Below, in pieces: positions 1 to 10,934 of a stretch of 19,372 nt of DNA. The DNA comes from Ginkgo biloba (taxonomy: Eukaryota; Plantae; Ginkgophyta). The stretch lies in contig JANKJI020000002.1 in assembly GCA_024626585.2 (NCBI GenBank), positions 71,215,412 to 71,234,783 on the forward strand, given 5' to 3'. The notes under the pieces were generated by a model. It had not been told where the DNA came from and made no database searches. It saw nothing but the letters and a program-made list of their open reading frames with translations. The position numbers and the translations under genes were made by a program. Position 1 is the stretch's first letter; each line of letters opens with the position of its first letter.

Positions 1-172
1 TTAAAGCTTAGATTCTTAAAGTTATCAAGTATTATTTCATAGTTGATAACTTAAATTTTTAAACTTAAAAGTTAAAGAATTAACTCTGTTTCAAGATGTT
101 TGGTAATAAACCTAAAAGTTTTTGGCTGCTAATAAAGAAGTTGGATCCTAGCCATAATTACGGCTTCATGCT

Positions 173-878
173 GTCCCTATTGACTTAAAACCCTAGCAAC
201 TTGCCTTAAGGAAGTATGTGTGCCATGTTAAGACTATCGGGGTGACTGGATTAATGCCCTAGTGTAGGGTGCCTCATTTGGAGGCATTTTTGGACCCATT
301 CACATAAGTGTTTGGGGTTTCTTAATAATCGCCATGAGGCCATGAGCCCAGTGTATTCCTAACTTCTTCTACCATCTATAGCTATTGGTGTAGCTATAAT
401 AGGGTTAGTGGTTCCTAGAGCAACTAGTAGGGTATGGTTTGTTGGTACAACCATACATTCATGGATTGTTGGTGTAACCATGAAATCGGTAGGGGTTTTG
501 ATCTAAGGCTATTGGTGTAGTCTTAAGACCTAGGGCTATTGGTGTAGTCCTAAGGTCCCTATTGACTTGAAACCCTAGCGACTTGCCTTAAGGAAGTATG
601 CGTGCCATGTTAAGACTATTGGGGGAATGGTTGATGCCCTATTGTAGGGCGTCTCATTTGGAGGCATTTTTGGACCCATTCATATAAGTGTTTGGGGTTT
701 CCTGATAATGGCCATGAGGCCCTGAGCATAGTGTATTCCTAGCTTATTCTTCCAGTTATAGCTATTGGTGTAGCTATAGGGTTAGTGGTTCCTAGCGCAA
801 CCACTAGGGTATGGTCTGTTGGTGCAGCCATAAAACTGGTAGGGGTTTCAATCTAGAGCTATTGGTGTAGTCCTAGGG
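173..878. repeat. Diverged tandem duplication with a period of about 382 bp (copy 1 173-554, copy 2 555-~878), probably LTR/TE-derived
   Basis: gtccctattgactt(a/g)aaaccctagc(a/g)acttgccttaaggaagtatg begins at both 173 and 555, and the copies align to about 878. The internal submotif gctattggtgtag occurs five times. Confidence 0.9.
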
Positions 879-1290
879 TTTGAGCCAAACCCATAACTAT
901 CAAGAAGGGAGTTGGATGTATTCCCCAAATGGGGAATTGAATCCATGATGTCGAAGGCCTGGAATCCTCTCTTAGCGTGGGGTTGAGGGGTGGACTCTAA
1001 CGGATCTGTAATAGATGCTAGGGGATGGTGGTGGCATTAATGCGTCGAAGGTTTGGATTCCCACATAGGAGAGCCCTATAGGCGGTCCCCATGGCCAACA
1101 GGAAGTGTTGGAGCATGTATTGCAAAGACGTTCCCTAACAGTCCTTCCGTACTAACAATTAACATTCTAACCACTAACATGATTAACGAACATAAATAAA
1201 TATTTATGTGTTGAAGTGGTAAATGTTTACATGTTTACTTATGTATGTTATTTATTGTTAATGTTTATAGGGAAGCGGGTTGTTACAAGC

Positions 1291-2600
1291 GATGCCATTA
1301 TATGGTATATGACACTTCCCACTCAATCAATCTTCTCTTGAGATGATTTGAGTGCCAATTTCACTAAACAATTTTCCATTGAATTCAATACAATTTACAT
1401 ACTCAAAGCCTTTGCCACTATTAGCCAACTTCTTGGCGAATCAGTCAAAGATTTCACTACTAGATTCATTAAATTGAAGGATGGTATATCATTCTCACAT
1501 ACTGAGAATGACGTAACCTATTGCATCTATTACTACAATGGCCTCACTTCGGATTGCAAGCTTAAGATGGAGGAAAACCCTAGTGACATCTTGCAACCTC
1601 TTATTGTTACTTGGCTACAAGACAAAAAAAGATTACGAACAAGCACAAAGATCCCTAAGCCAACCTCATTAGATTCCAACTCCTCTTCTTTCATCACTTT
1701 GTAGTGAAATTTCCCTATTTCCACATCATCAAAAACTAACTAGGGTGGTACAAAATCTTTCTAATGAAATCATCGCAATGAAAATAAGAATGGCTAAGTC
1801 ATCACCTCAAGCCTGCCTTTTCTTGTCTATAAAATCAGTCAATCGCCACTACTTCAGTAGAGCCATCTACTACCTCTCTAGTGAACCACTCTCCTATCTC
1901 CCCAAGAGACTCCTCCAATTGAAGACTGAGGGTGTAGCGTGACCTCTGCCAAATCACTAGTCATGATAGAAAGGATTGTAATTCTTATCCCAGGTTTAGG
2001 TAGCAAAATGAGTGTATGATGGGGAAATCTTTTCCCACTAAATCCCCTAATAGACAAATGTGTGTTTTCACTAATCCCTTTCCCACCGAAGATTTATCTT
2101 CCTCCCAACTAAGCGACAATGATGACAATGTATTGTCATCATTGTCGCTTAGATTCAATATCTAAGCGACAATGATGACAATGTTGAGTGTGTTGTACAC
2201 ACTCATTTACAAATAGCCAAAAACACTCAGCAATCCTCCAATATTCCTGCAAAGAAAAATAAGGGAAAAAACCCTTTCAACCATCTAACAATTCTAGAGT
2301 ACAAAATGCATCTTGGCTAGTTTCCCAATGGAAGTCAAAGCCAGTTAATACCCTAACAAGTTCCTAGTGTTAGCCTTATGATTTCTATGACATTGTTAAG
2401 GATTTGAAACACTATTTAGCGAACATGAATCTTCTAGATGCCCTTAGGAGTCCTCAACAAAAGGGAAACCTGCTAAAAACATTGTAATCTAACCAAAATT
2501 TATCACTTGCTTCTAGTCTGACACCAATGAACATGAACACTAAGGATGTCATAGTTTTGCCTTCTAAACCTGCATACAAATGGAATCAAGAGTTGCAAAA
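1291..2600 (+). mobile_element. Decayed Ty3/gypsy LTR retrotransposon gag region (Retrotrans_gag-like capsid, degenerate CCHC knuckle, pre-protease segment)
   Basis: From 1291: DAIIWYMTLPTQSIFS*DDLSANFTKQF...ISQLLGESVKDFTTRF, matching the gag pattern A..W...LP..SI.SW..L...F..QF / Q..GES..DF..RF. 1938-1979 reads (R)DLCQITSHDRKDC, a CX2CX4HX4C knuckle with the first Cys mutated. About 2385-2487 reads YDIVKDLKHYLANMNLLDALRSPQQKGNLLKTL. Multiple stops and frameshifts. Confidence 0.8.
2109..2182. repeat. Perfect inverted triplication A-A'-A of a 21-mer
   Basis: ctaagcgacaatgatgacaat at 2109-2129, its exact reverse complement at 2132-2152, and a direct copy again at 2162-2182. Confidence 0.95.
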
Positions 2601-4280
2601 TAGATAATCCTAGATTATGAATGCATAGAAAACATTTAGTTATGTTAATTTCTAATCAATGCATAAACAAAGTACAAGTGTATGATAGACTCAAAAGGTA
2701 GACCATTAGGGGCAAGGTATACCAAGGAGTTTAACTTAGCATCCATTGATAGCGATTGGAGGTTGCCTTAGCAAGACAGTACATTCCGTCAACACTTAAC
2801 AACTATTATTGCTTTGTTAGATTCTGTAACAGCCTCACCTTAATCCTTTATGCTCAACTATATTAAACATGCATTAATCATAGCATTGCATTGCATAAAT
2901 AAATATGAACAATATTCATGTAAAATCAAAGTGCACAAGTGAGAATAAATAAATAAATAACTTAGCATGAATGACATAATAAAGGAAATTATTCATTTAT
3001 ACTAACTCATGTAACCATAACCNNNNNNNNNNNNNNNNNNNNNNNNNNNNNNNNNNNNNNNNNNNNNNNNNNNNNNNNNNNNNNNNNNNNNNNNNNNNNN
3101 NNNNNNNNNNNNNNNNNNNNNNGTTGTTTTATAAGCCTAGCTTGACTCTAGTTGATTTGGTAGGCTTCTTGGTTGATGAACTTGTTTGGCCTCTATAGGG
3201 TTGCATAGTGGGTTGAATATAGACTTACAAGCACTTGTTTAGAAGGAAATGAAAAGCCTTACATCATACACACATGCCTTCCAATAGAAGTTCTCATTGG
3301 CTAGGCCAAAAACTTCATACAAGTTCTCAACNNNNNNNNNNNNNNNNNNNNNNNNNNNNNNNNNNNNNNNNNNNNNNNNNNNNNNNNNNNNNNNNNNNNN
3401 NNNNNNNNNNNNNNNNNNNNNCCTAAGAGATGATATCTTAAAGAGATCTTTGTTTTATCTTCACCAAATGTATCATTATGCCTGGTTTATGACATTAAAT
3501 CTCTACTAAATAAGAAAAACCTAAATCTGCATAGAGGATTATATCTCATAAAGGATCAATAAAGTCAACCACAAATTTGACATCTATCTAAAATTTATCA
3601 TGAAGAATTGTACACATCAACTCAATGGCATCCTTGATAGAGTATTACTTTGTATCACTTGCATATCACTAATAGACCCTCTTTCACTTTCTATAACATT
3701 TAAAGCAAAAATAAATATGATGCAAAGTAGGTTTTGTAGGTTTCAACAACTCTAGCTTTGCTTGCTTGGAATACATGGCTTGTGATTGGTGGTAGTTGTA
3801 ATCAATATTTGAATTCAATAAAGTTTGCAATCTAATCAAAACTTCTTATGTCTTTCAAAGTATTGTTTGAGAGGATAACAACAGTTTGAGCTTACACTCA
3901 CAAAATAAATGGATCTTAAATCCCAACAACATTGCATCATTGCATAGCCAAGAGGTGAAGTAGGAGAGACAAATTTTCAAATTAAAATATTGAGGACAAT
4001 TTGACCACAACAAATCAATCCCTAAGTAGATTTCATGGCTTGGCCCAAAAAAAGAAAAAATCACAATGCTAAGGAAGTGGTCTCCCCTAAACGCATAAGG
4101 AATGATTGCAAGAAATGCTGAAGGGAGAGAACTAGAAAAGTGTAAGGGTGAAGGGGAAGACAGTGAACAAAGGCAAGGAGAAGATGACATCAGAAGGCCC
4201 TTAAAAAAAATGTAGATTAGTCATCCTATAAAGAATGGGCAACAAGGAAATCTGAGTCAAGGCATTCCCCCAAGAAAAAG

Positions 4281-4306
4281 TATATATATATATATATATA
4301 TATATA
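4281..4306. repeat. (TA)13 microsatellite
   Basis: Direct reading. Confidence 0.95.
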
Positions 4307-5272
4307 ATGTCATAGATTTCAATAAGGACAAGGAGGATAGACACATACCATTTGTCAAAAGAATCAAGAATGAGTCGAAGGAGGATTTCAAGAGAAAGAC
4401 ATCAAGGAAGGGGCCACACAAATATATATGAAGGTGGAGTATGCATAAGATGGAAAAACTAACAATTCATGAGAGAGATTCCATGGTAGGGTCACAAGAA
4501 AGCAATGTTCAACATTATGGAGAAAACCTGAAAGGACATGAAAAGATATACCAAAAAATAGATTTGCCTTATTGCCAAAGGCAATAAAGAAAACACTTAA
4601 TCAACATTCGAAAGATGATGTTATCTTGATAAGAGAGATTGATTTTTTGCACAAGAAGGAAATGCAAGTAAAAGAATGCAAGGACTTAATAATGGAACAA
4701 TGATTGAAATCGGCAGTGCCAAAAAACATATGCAATGATATTTGGTCATATAGAGGAAGTCAAGCTATTTGCCAAAAAGAATGAAGAGCCACTTGAAACC
4801 CCCTACATGAATGAATTTGATATAGTGTTATCGAGCCATTAAGAAGCCTAGTTTCTCCCAAGGGGCAATAAACATCATCTAGAAGATGAATGACCTCATC
4901 AACATAGCCATTCAAGACAACCACAAGAGGAGATGAGGTGCTAATAGATGTCAAAGACCATATGGAAAGAATGGATGTTAAAAACATTTGCTAGGAGACT
5001 CCTATCCAAACTCGTGTAGAGCATCAACCTCTACATACAAGAGTTGGTGTGAATGAGGAATACACCTTAAAAAACAAAAGAGGTTGAGATGGAGAACATG
5101 ACAATGGTGTTTGCAGTAGATTCAGACTCTAGTCAATCTAGCAAACCCTGATAGCGAAAGGTAGGGGAAACAANNNNNNNNNNNNNNNNNNNNNNNNNNN
5201 NNNNNNNNNNNNNNNNNNNNNNNNNNNNNNNNNNNNNNNNNCAAAATCACGCATCATCACCAAAGACCAAGG

Positions 5273-5912
5273 ATGACATGGCAATCCAACAATGACGTGG
5301 TAGCCCAATGGCGACATGGTGGTCTAATGATGATGTGGCAGTCACAATGATGACATGGCAGCATTGAAGACAACATGCCAGTAGTCAAACTCAGTCAAAG
5401 TCAAGTCAAAACTGGTCAAACAATCAAAAGAAGGTCAAATCAGTCAAAACTAGTAAAAAACGGTCAAAAGAATGATGCCAACACAAAGAAGACGTCAACA
5501 ACACTGTAGTGATCAGAGGATGATGTCAACAAGTTGTACCCCATTTTGTATGAGGTCAATGTTGTACATTAAGTGGATGATGACGTCAACAAACAAAAAA
5601 GATAGTTTGGACCATGAGATAACAGATGACGTCAGCAAATGATGTCATCAATTGTACGGGCAGAATCTAGGTGACGTCAACAAATGCACAGCAAGCCGTA
5701 CAACAAGTACAGACCATACAACAAGTACAGGTTGTACAAAAGAAGGTACATGCACATTTATTGAAGGCTGAGCGATTATTTATTAAAGAGAAAAAATGTA
5801 TTATTAAAAGAGATAAAATTAGGGCAACATTTATTATAATAAATGCGCCCTCATTTAATGTAAAAGTACCATAATAAATGCGACCTGATTAAAAGTACAA
5901 TAATAATAAATT
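5273..5912. repeat. Degenerate short tandem motif arrays, likely part of an LTR U3-like region
   Basis: About six copies of atgac(a/g)tggc at 19-20 bp spacing (5273-5380). A GTCAAA array (5383-5470). gatga(c/t)gtcaac units (5491-5680). acaacaagtacag repeats (5700-5730). ataataaatgcg twice (about 5836 and 5872). Confidence 0.65.
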
Positions 5913-6774
5913 ANNNNNNNNNNNNNNNNNNNNNNNNNNNNNNNNNNNNNNNNNNNNNNNNNNNNNNNNNNNNNNNNNNNNNNNNNNNNNNNNNNNNNNN
6001 NNNNNNNNNNNNNAAGATGACAAAGAAGAATTTAGCATAACCCATGAGAAGTATAAATGTGTACACTCATGAGCTCGTGCAAATAAGAAGCATATCCTTG
6101 TATGCAAAAGTGTTGGAGATTGACCAAATCATGACAACCAATTGGATTCTTAATTAAGCTCTATGGCATAAGACAACACGGAAAAGGAATGGCTTGCAAA
6201 AGGAAGGAAAGGCTTCCCAAGGAGAAGACTAGGGGGAAACCCCATCTAAAGAAATGGATGTAATAGAAGAAATGAGTCTATAGGCTTATGAAGACCATGT
6301 TGACTTTATGTAAAATAAATACTAGTATATAATTCAATACTACTTCATAGTAAGTGATATGTCATAAGAATATAAGATGTAAATAAGAGACTGAGGGAGG
6401 AGTTGCTTCTTCATTTTTGTTTTAACATTATGTATGGTGACTTTCAATGGTAATAGATATAACGTTGTTTCATGTCCAAGAAAAAAACATTTTTTAATGC
6501 ATACATGCAATAGGAGGTCCAAAATGTGTGCCTATGTTTCTAATAACCAACAAACTTGCAACATTACAAACAAGGGAAACATCTAGAAGTACTAGCACAA
6601 TTTTAAACACCCCAATTTCGTAATAACATCACGTGGTTCATTTCTCAAGAAAAGTGTTCCTATCCTACCCTAAGAAATCAATATCATTTAGAAAATAATG
6701 CTTGCTTGAGATGATACAATTATGTTCAGAAGGGGGGGGGGGTGCAGAGAAGGGAGCATCTGGGCAACTATCCA

Positions 6775-7010
6775 TGCCTAGATCCATCAATAATCCGTCA
6801 AGTTTTGAGTGCTTCCATGAGCATCTCAATGTGCGATTTCTTCATACTTGCCAACGTTGTGTGTAGATTCTAACAACTAGTTGGTTTGTGCCTTGTTTGT
6901 GCACTATTAATAGTACAAACCATCTAATCAAAATATGTTGAATGAGCCATAATGAAGAGGGTCCCACATGTAGCAATAAACCTTACCATGGTAGTGTCAA
7001 TCTCCATTGT
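6775..7010 (-). mobile_element. Decayed hAT-family transposase fragment (region leading into the DUF659 domain)
   Basis: Minus strand from 7007: MEIDTTMVRFIATCGTLFIMAHSTYFD*MVCTINSAQTRHKPTSC*NLHTTLASMKKSHIEMLMEALKT*RIIDG. This resembles the plant hAT pattern D.AIARFF..CGIPFN.A.S.YF..MV.AI......YKPPSY..LRTTL. Contains in-frame stops. Confidence 0.75.
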
Positions 7011-7774
7011 ATTTCATTATCAAACATAATAGCAATGGAACTTGAAAGTTCGCTCTTACAATACATATATTCAAAAGAAATGGAATAAAGAATTTGATTG
7101 ACTTCTAGTAGCATATGCACCATTTACAACAATTCATGTGATAGAAGGAACTTGGGAAGGTGGTAATTGCCTGACTTATCTTTGTCGATTCAACATGCCT
7201 TGTCTCTTTCCCTCATCACAATTGCAAAGACCTCCAAAACAATCAAATAATTTTAAAAGATGGGCTTTCACTTATGTGTAGCTTTCTAGGAAGGGTTTAT
7301 GATCACATTAATTGCATGCGATTAGCCTAGTCTGTCTTAAACTATTAGACTCTCTCAACTAAGCCATCAGTATACTCCATAAAACCATAATGTGATAATG
7401 TCAAACAAGTTTACATGCAACTCCTTTTCTAGAGAATATTTGTGCTTTTTTATTAGATATACGATTTCTATTGCCATTTTAAATGTATTATGTAGTTTTT
7501 AGAACATAATTTTAAGGTTTCTTCCTATCTCCTTAAAATGAGTGAAAATGAACAATATGAAATTGTGTCCTAATTAATTTTAGTACATGGAAGTATAGAA
7601 TTTAAAAAGCAATTTTAATAAAGGGTTTCAAGCTTACTAGAAAGGTACTTCTTTGACATTTATTTTGAGGTTTTTCAATCATTTTTTTATTTGTGGTACA
7701 TAGGTAGGATTTGCTTTTTCTCGATAGAAACTATTTTCATTTAAAACATTGTATTGTGTATTTTGTGACTAAAG

Positions 7775-7897
7775 GTGCGTGGATTTCGCCATGGAATACT
7801 AAAACTAGCTATGGAACCATCTGTATTAAGAACAGCTATTGTGAAGGGGGGTTCTAGTCGTCGGATTAAGCTTGACCACAGTGTTGGCATGGACGAG
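7775..7897 (+). CDS. VPS13X: Internal exon (phase 0/0) of a VPS13X-like (At3g50380-like) bridge-like lipid transfer protein gene, C-terminal region
   Basis: AG acceptor at 7773-7774 after a T-rich tract and GT donor at 7898 (GAG|gtatct). 123 nt open frame VRGFRHGILKLAMEPSVLRTAIVKGGSSRRIKLDHSVGMDE joins in frame to the next exon. The GILKLAMEPS...IKLD...DE pattern is recalled from plant VPS13X-like proteins; not database-verified. Missing from the ORF track because it is too short. Confidence 0.85.
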
Positions 7898-8223
7898 GTA
7901 TCTATTTACCTAATTTTGGTGTTCTAAAAAAATTCTTAGTCATATGTTTACCAAAGTCTTTGTTCCTAAAATGAAAATTAGGCACTATGTTTTTTGTGTT
8001 AAATGCTAGCATAGGTGATCATCTTGAGGCTTACCTGCTAATTTGATCTTTTTTTATCACTTTTTCCAAGTCTAAACATTCTAAAACAAGCAACATAAGT
8101 GTCACTTGTTATAAGATCAAATGTTAGTGCTTGATGGAAGTGTACCTTTTACATCTGTAGAAAATGAAACTATTCATTTTTATAAAGTTTCTTACTGAAT
8201 TAAACTCAATTGTTCCTTTGCAG

Positions 8224-8284
8224 ATGTACATTGAAGGATATTTACAAGCAATGCTAGATGCTTTATTTAAGCAACACTACCTCA
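8224..8284 (+). CDS. VPS13X: Next VPS13X-like exon; its 3' end and donor fall in the gap 8285-8384
   Basis: ttgttcctttgcag acceptor ending at 8223. Encodes MYIEGYLQAMLDALFKQHYL, in frame with the previous exon across a 326 nt GT-AG intron (7898-8223). Confidence 0.85.
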
Positions 8285-8384
8285 NNNNNNNNNNNNNNNN
8301 NNNNNNNNNNNNNNNNNNNNNNNNNNNNNNNNNNNNNNNNNNNNNNNNNNNNNNNNNNNNNNNNNNNNNNNNNNNNNNNNNNNN

Positions 8385-9600
8385 GGTTGAACTTTTTGTG
8401 CTACTTCCGCATCTTCCTTCTAATGCGATTACGTTTTTGAGACATGGAAAGCATAACATAGGGTAGTCATTGTTCTTACTCTCTTCTTCATTTGCACACT
8501 TGAGACCATTGGAGTATTCCTCAAGTGTTAATCTCTAATAAATTTTGTACTCTTCCATCTTGAATAATGTCATTCACATGCTGTCTACGGTGAATATGAN
8601 NNNNNNNNNNNNNNNNNNNNNNNNNNNNNNAATAGAGCATCATACCTTCCAATCTCCATGCTGTTGAAATTCAATTCATCTTTATTCCTTGGACGAAAAT
8701 TAATACTCATGGTGCAAAATCATCCTAAACCTACGCACCTCTCCCATTTTCCATCTCCACATGATATTCATAATCAAGTGGTCTGATCTTCACTAGTATA
8801 TTTTGAGCAAGCATTTATGATAGGAAATTATGAGTACAACCATTGTCAGTCAGGATTAATGCATCATCATGCTAAATAATTCCACATCTGCAAACTATTC
8901 GTAAATGTTTAGGGCTACTCTATAAGTTGGAGACTCCTTTTTAATGCCATTGATTGTACATGAAATGGACTCGACTCTTGGTCATTCTTCTTGGTCCACT
9001 ATCACATGATTAATTGCTCTTGTCCTATATTAGGGAAATCCTTTGGTCTGTATTCTTTACTAATGCATGTGAAACGCAAGTTCTTTCTAAATCTTCTACC
9101 ATTTTCCTCCTTTTTGATCTTTGGTATATAAATTCCATTTTTGTGCACGTGATTGAATTTTTCTTTGAAAGTTGTAAACCTCTATCCTTGAAACTTGTTC
9201 CTTGGGTGTTGTTGGTCCTCATTCTTAGAAGGATGATTGATAATCTTTACAATCTTAATGAAGTTTTGTGAAGATTCTCACGAGCATACATCATATTATT
9301 TATAACCATAGTTTAAATCAATATTAGCATAGGCTAGAGATCTAACAAAGTTAGTAATTTGTAATTACATGATAAATGGACCTATAGTTACTTATTGTGG
9401 GCATTGTGAGGGCTAATTGTAGATCAATTCCCATGATTGTCCAATCCTAATTGTTACTCTCCAAATTCTAGCATATCTCCAATATTAATTGCCTATAATC
9501 CTTGGACTTATACCATTGCTTCTCCCTTTGGGACAGTTTTCTTTTTAAACTATGGCAACCATAGATATTAGTTCATTACATGCTCATCTTGCCTTCTCTA
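8385..9600 (-). mobile_element. Decayed Ty3/gypsy gag-protease fragment, antisense, inside the intron after exon 8224
   Basis: Minus strand ALILTDNGCTHNFLS*MLAQ...HVEMENG...VQGIKDELNFNSMEIGRYDAL is a retropepsin (catalytic Asp codon 8845-8847, DSG->DNG, downstream YDAL). Upstream at about 9030-9100, RRFRKNL(R)FTCISKE(Y)RPKD(F)P is a degenerate CCHC knuckle. Boundaries are approximate. Confidence 0.75.
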
Positions 9601-10934
9601 GTTAGTTTTCTTAGTGTGATACAAAAACTAGACTGAATGCTCAAGGTGTTACAAGGATGGTACCGAGGTGAGTTAGGAAAGTATATTNNNNNNNNNNNNG
9701 CATACATGATGCTTCTAATTTCATCATAGACCAAGAGCATTTGAACTTTGTTATGAATAATGTAGTTTGACAAACCTTAATAGGTAATTTTTGTGGTCAT
9801 CCTTCACCTATGTTTGTCCTCAAGTATTAGATTCATGAGACTTGGGAGACTAATGGTAGGAATATTATGTCCATATGATATATAACCAAAGGTTTTTTTC
9901 TCATTTACCTTCAAAACTCATAAGACAAGCAAAGAGGTACTTCTAAGAGGCCCTTGCACCTATAGGAGAAATGTAGTTGTTACAAATCAATTGGACCATT
10001 GGCTTTTTTGCAAAAAAAAGTAGTAAAATTACCTGGTTTGGGAAGAATTCCTAGGATTACCAATGCCATTTGGGAAGCGTTTTATAATTACTTGATATGG
10101 GTAGAATTCCTAGGGTTACCAATGCCCTTTAGGAATTTTTGAGATTTGTACACATTGAGACTTTCTTGTGTCATGAATCTCACTAGATGTTTAATCCCAA
10201 ACTAAATAGATGAGTGTGCATTGAAGTTGAACTCTTTGAAGAGTTAAAAAGCATGATTTGTGTCTAGTGTAGGGATTGGGCTTTAATGCAACTGGTAAAA
10301 TACATGAATGTCCCTAATATGCTTAAGTTGCCAATCAGAGCGCACGATTAGGACTATCATTTGATGAATAAGGAGCTTATAACCTTTGCTCAATAAGCTA
10401 ACCAAGTTACTAGTACAATAAATGAGCAAGTTGAGAACATTGCTAATGAACCCCAACAATCCTCTAAGGAGTAACGTTGATAGATGGTGAAAACCAAGCA
10501 TTAAAATACCATTGGTAACCAACTTTCTCTTCCAAACTGGATTCAAACCCCGAGAACAATGGAGGTGCTTAAAAGAGTATTCTATCTCCTCTAAAACCAA
10601 TCCACAACCCGAGGACAATGCANNNNNNNNNNNNNNNNNNNNNNNNNNNNNNNNAAAGTCCAAGTAAGATGAGCCTCCACAAGCCAACATGGCCTCAAAG
10701 GTCAGAGTAAGATTAACACCTTCTCTACTATAGACCACCACCCCGCTATTCAACCAGGTCCTAGCCAAGGGGGAAAACAACCAACCACTTTGGACAACTA
10801 CTTTGAATTCCAAGGTAAAGGACTTAGAAGCAATATCCTTGTTACAAATGGGATTGAAGCCCCATCAAATNNNNNNNNNNNNNNNNNNNNNNNCCTCATG
10901 GTTAAAAAGACTAAATTTATCCATTATAGTGTGA

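Noticed and set aside
2109-2182. Bona fide miRNA precursor
   Set aside because: The stems are only 21-23 bp with tiny loops and no extended lower stem, and it lies in a TE relic. Retained only as a template-switch structure.
5273-5680. CRISPR-like or iteron-like regularly spaced repeats
   Set aside because: The units are degenerate and nearly contiguous with no unique spacers, there are no cas or rep genes, and the context is a spliced eukaryotic gene with TEs.
5671-5874. Gln/Val-rich 67 aa ORF
   Set aside because: It is a by-product of the acaacaagtacag repeats, starts at GTG and has no recognisable domain.
8164-8223. N-terminal extension MKLFIFIKFLTELNSIVPLQ that looks like a signal peptide
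   Set aside because: This is T-rich intron sequence ending in the cag acceptor.
9615-9640. Degenerate tRNA-Met primer binding site for the minus-strand gypsy (agtgtgatacaa vs gctctgatacca)
   Set aside because: There are too many mismatches to support it, although the position is plausible.
10283-10813. 176 aa minus-strand ORF
   Set aside because: It has no recognisable motif, spans a gap, and lies antisense just upstream of a + strand LINE endonuclease, so it is probably a shadow frame.
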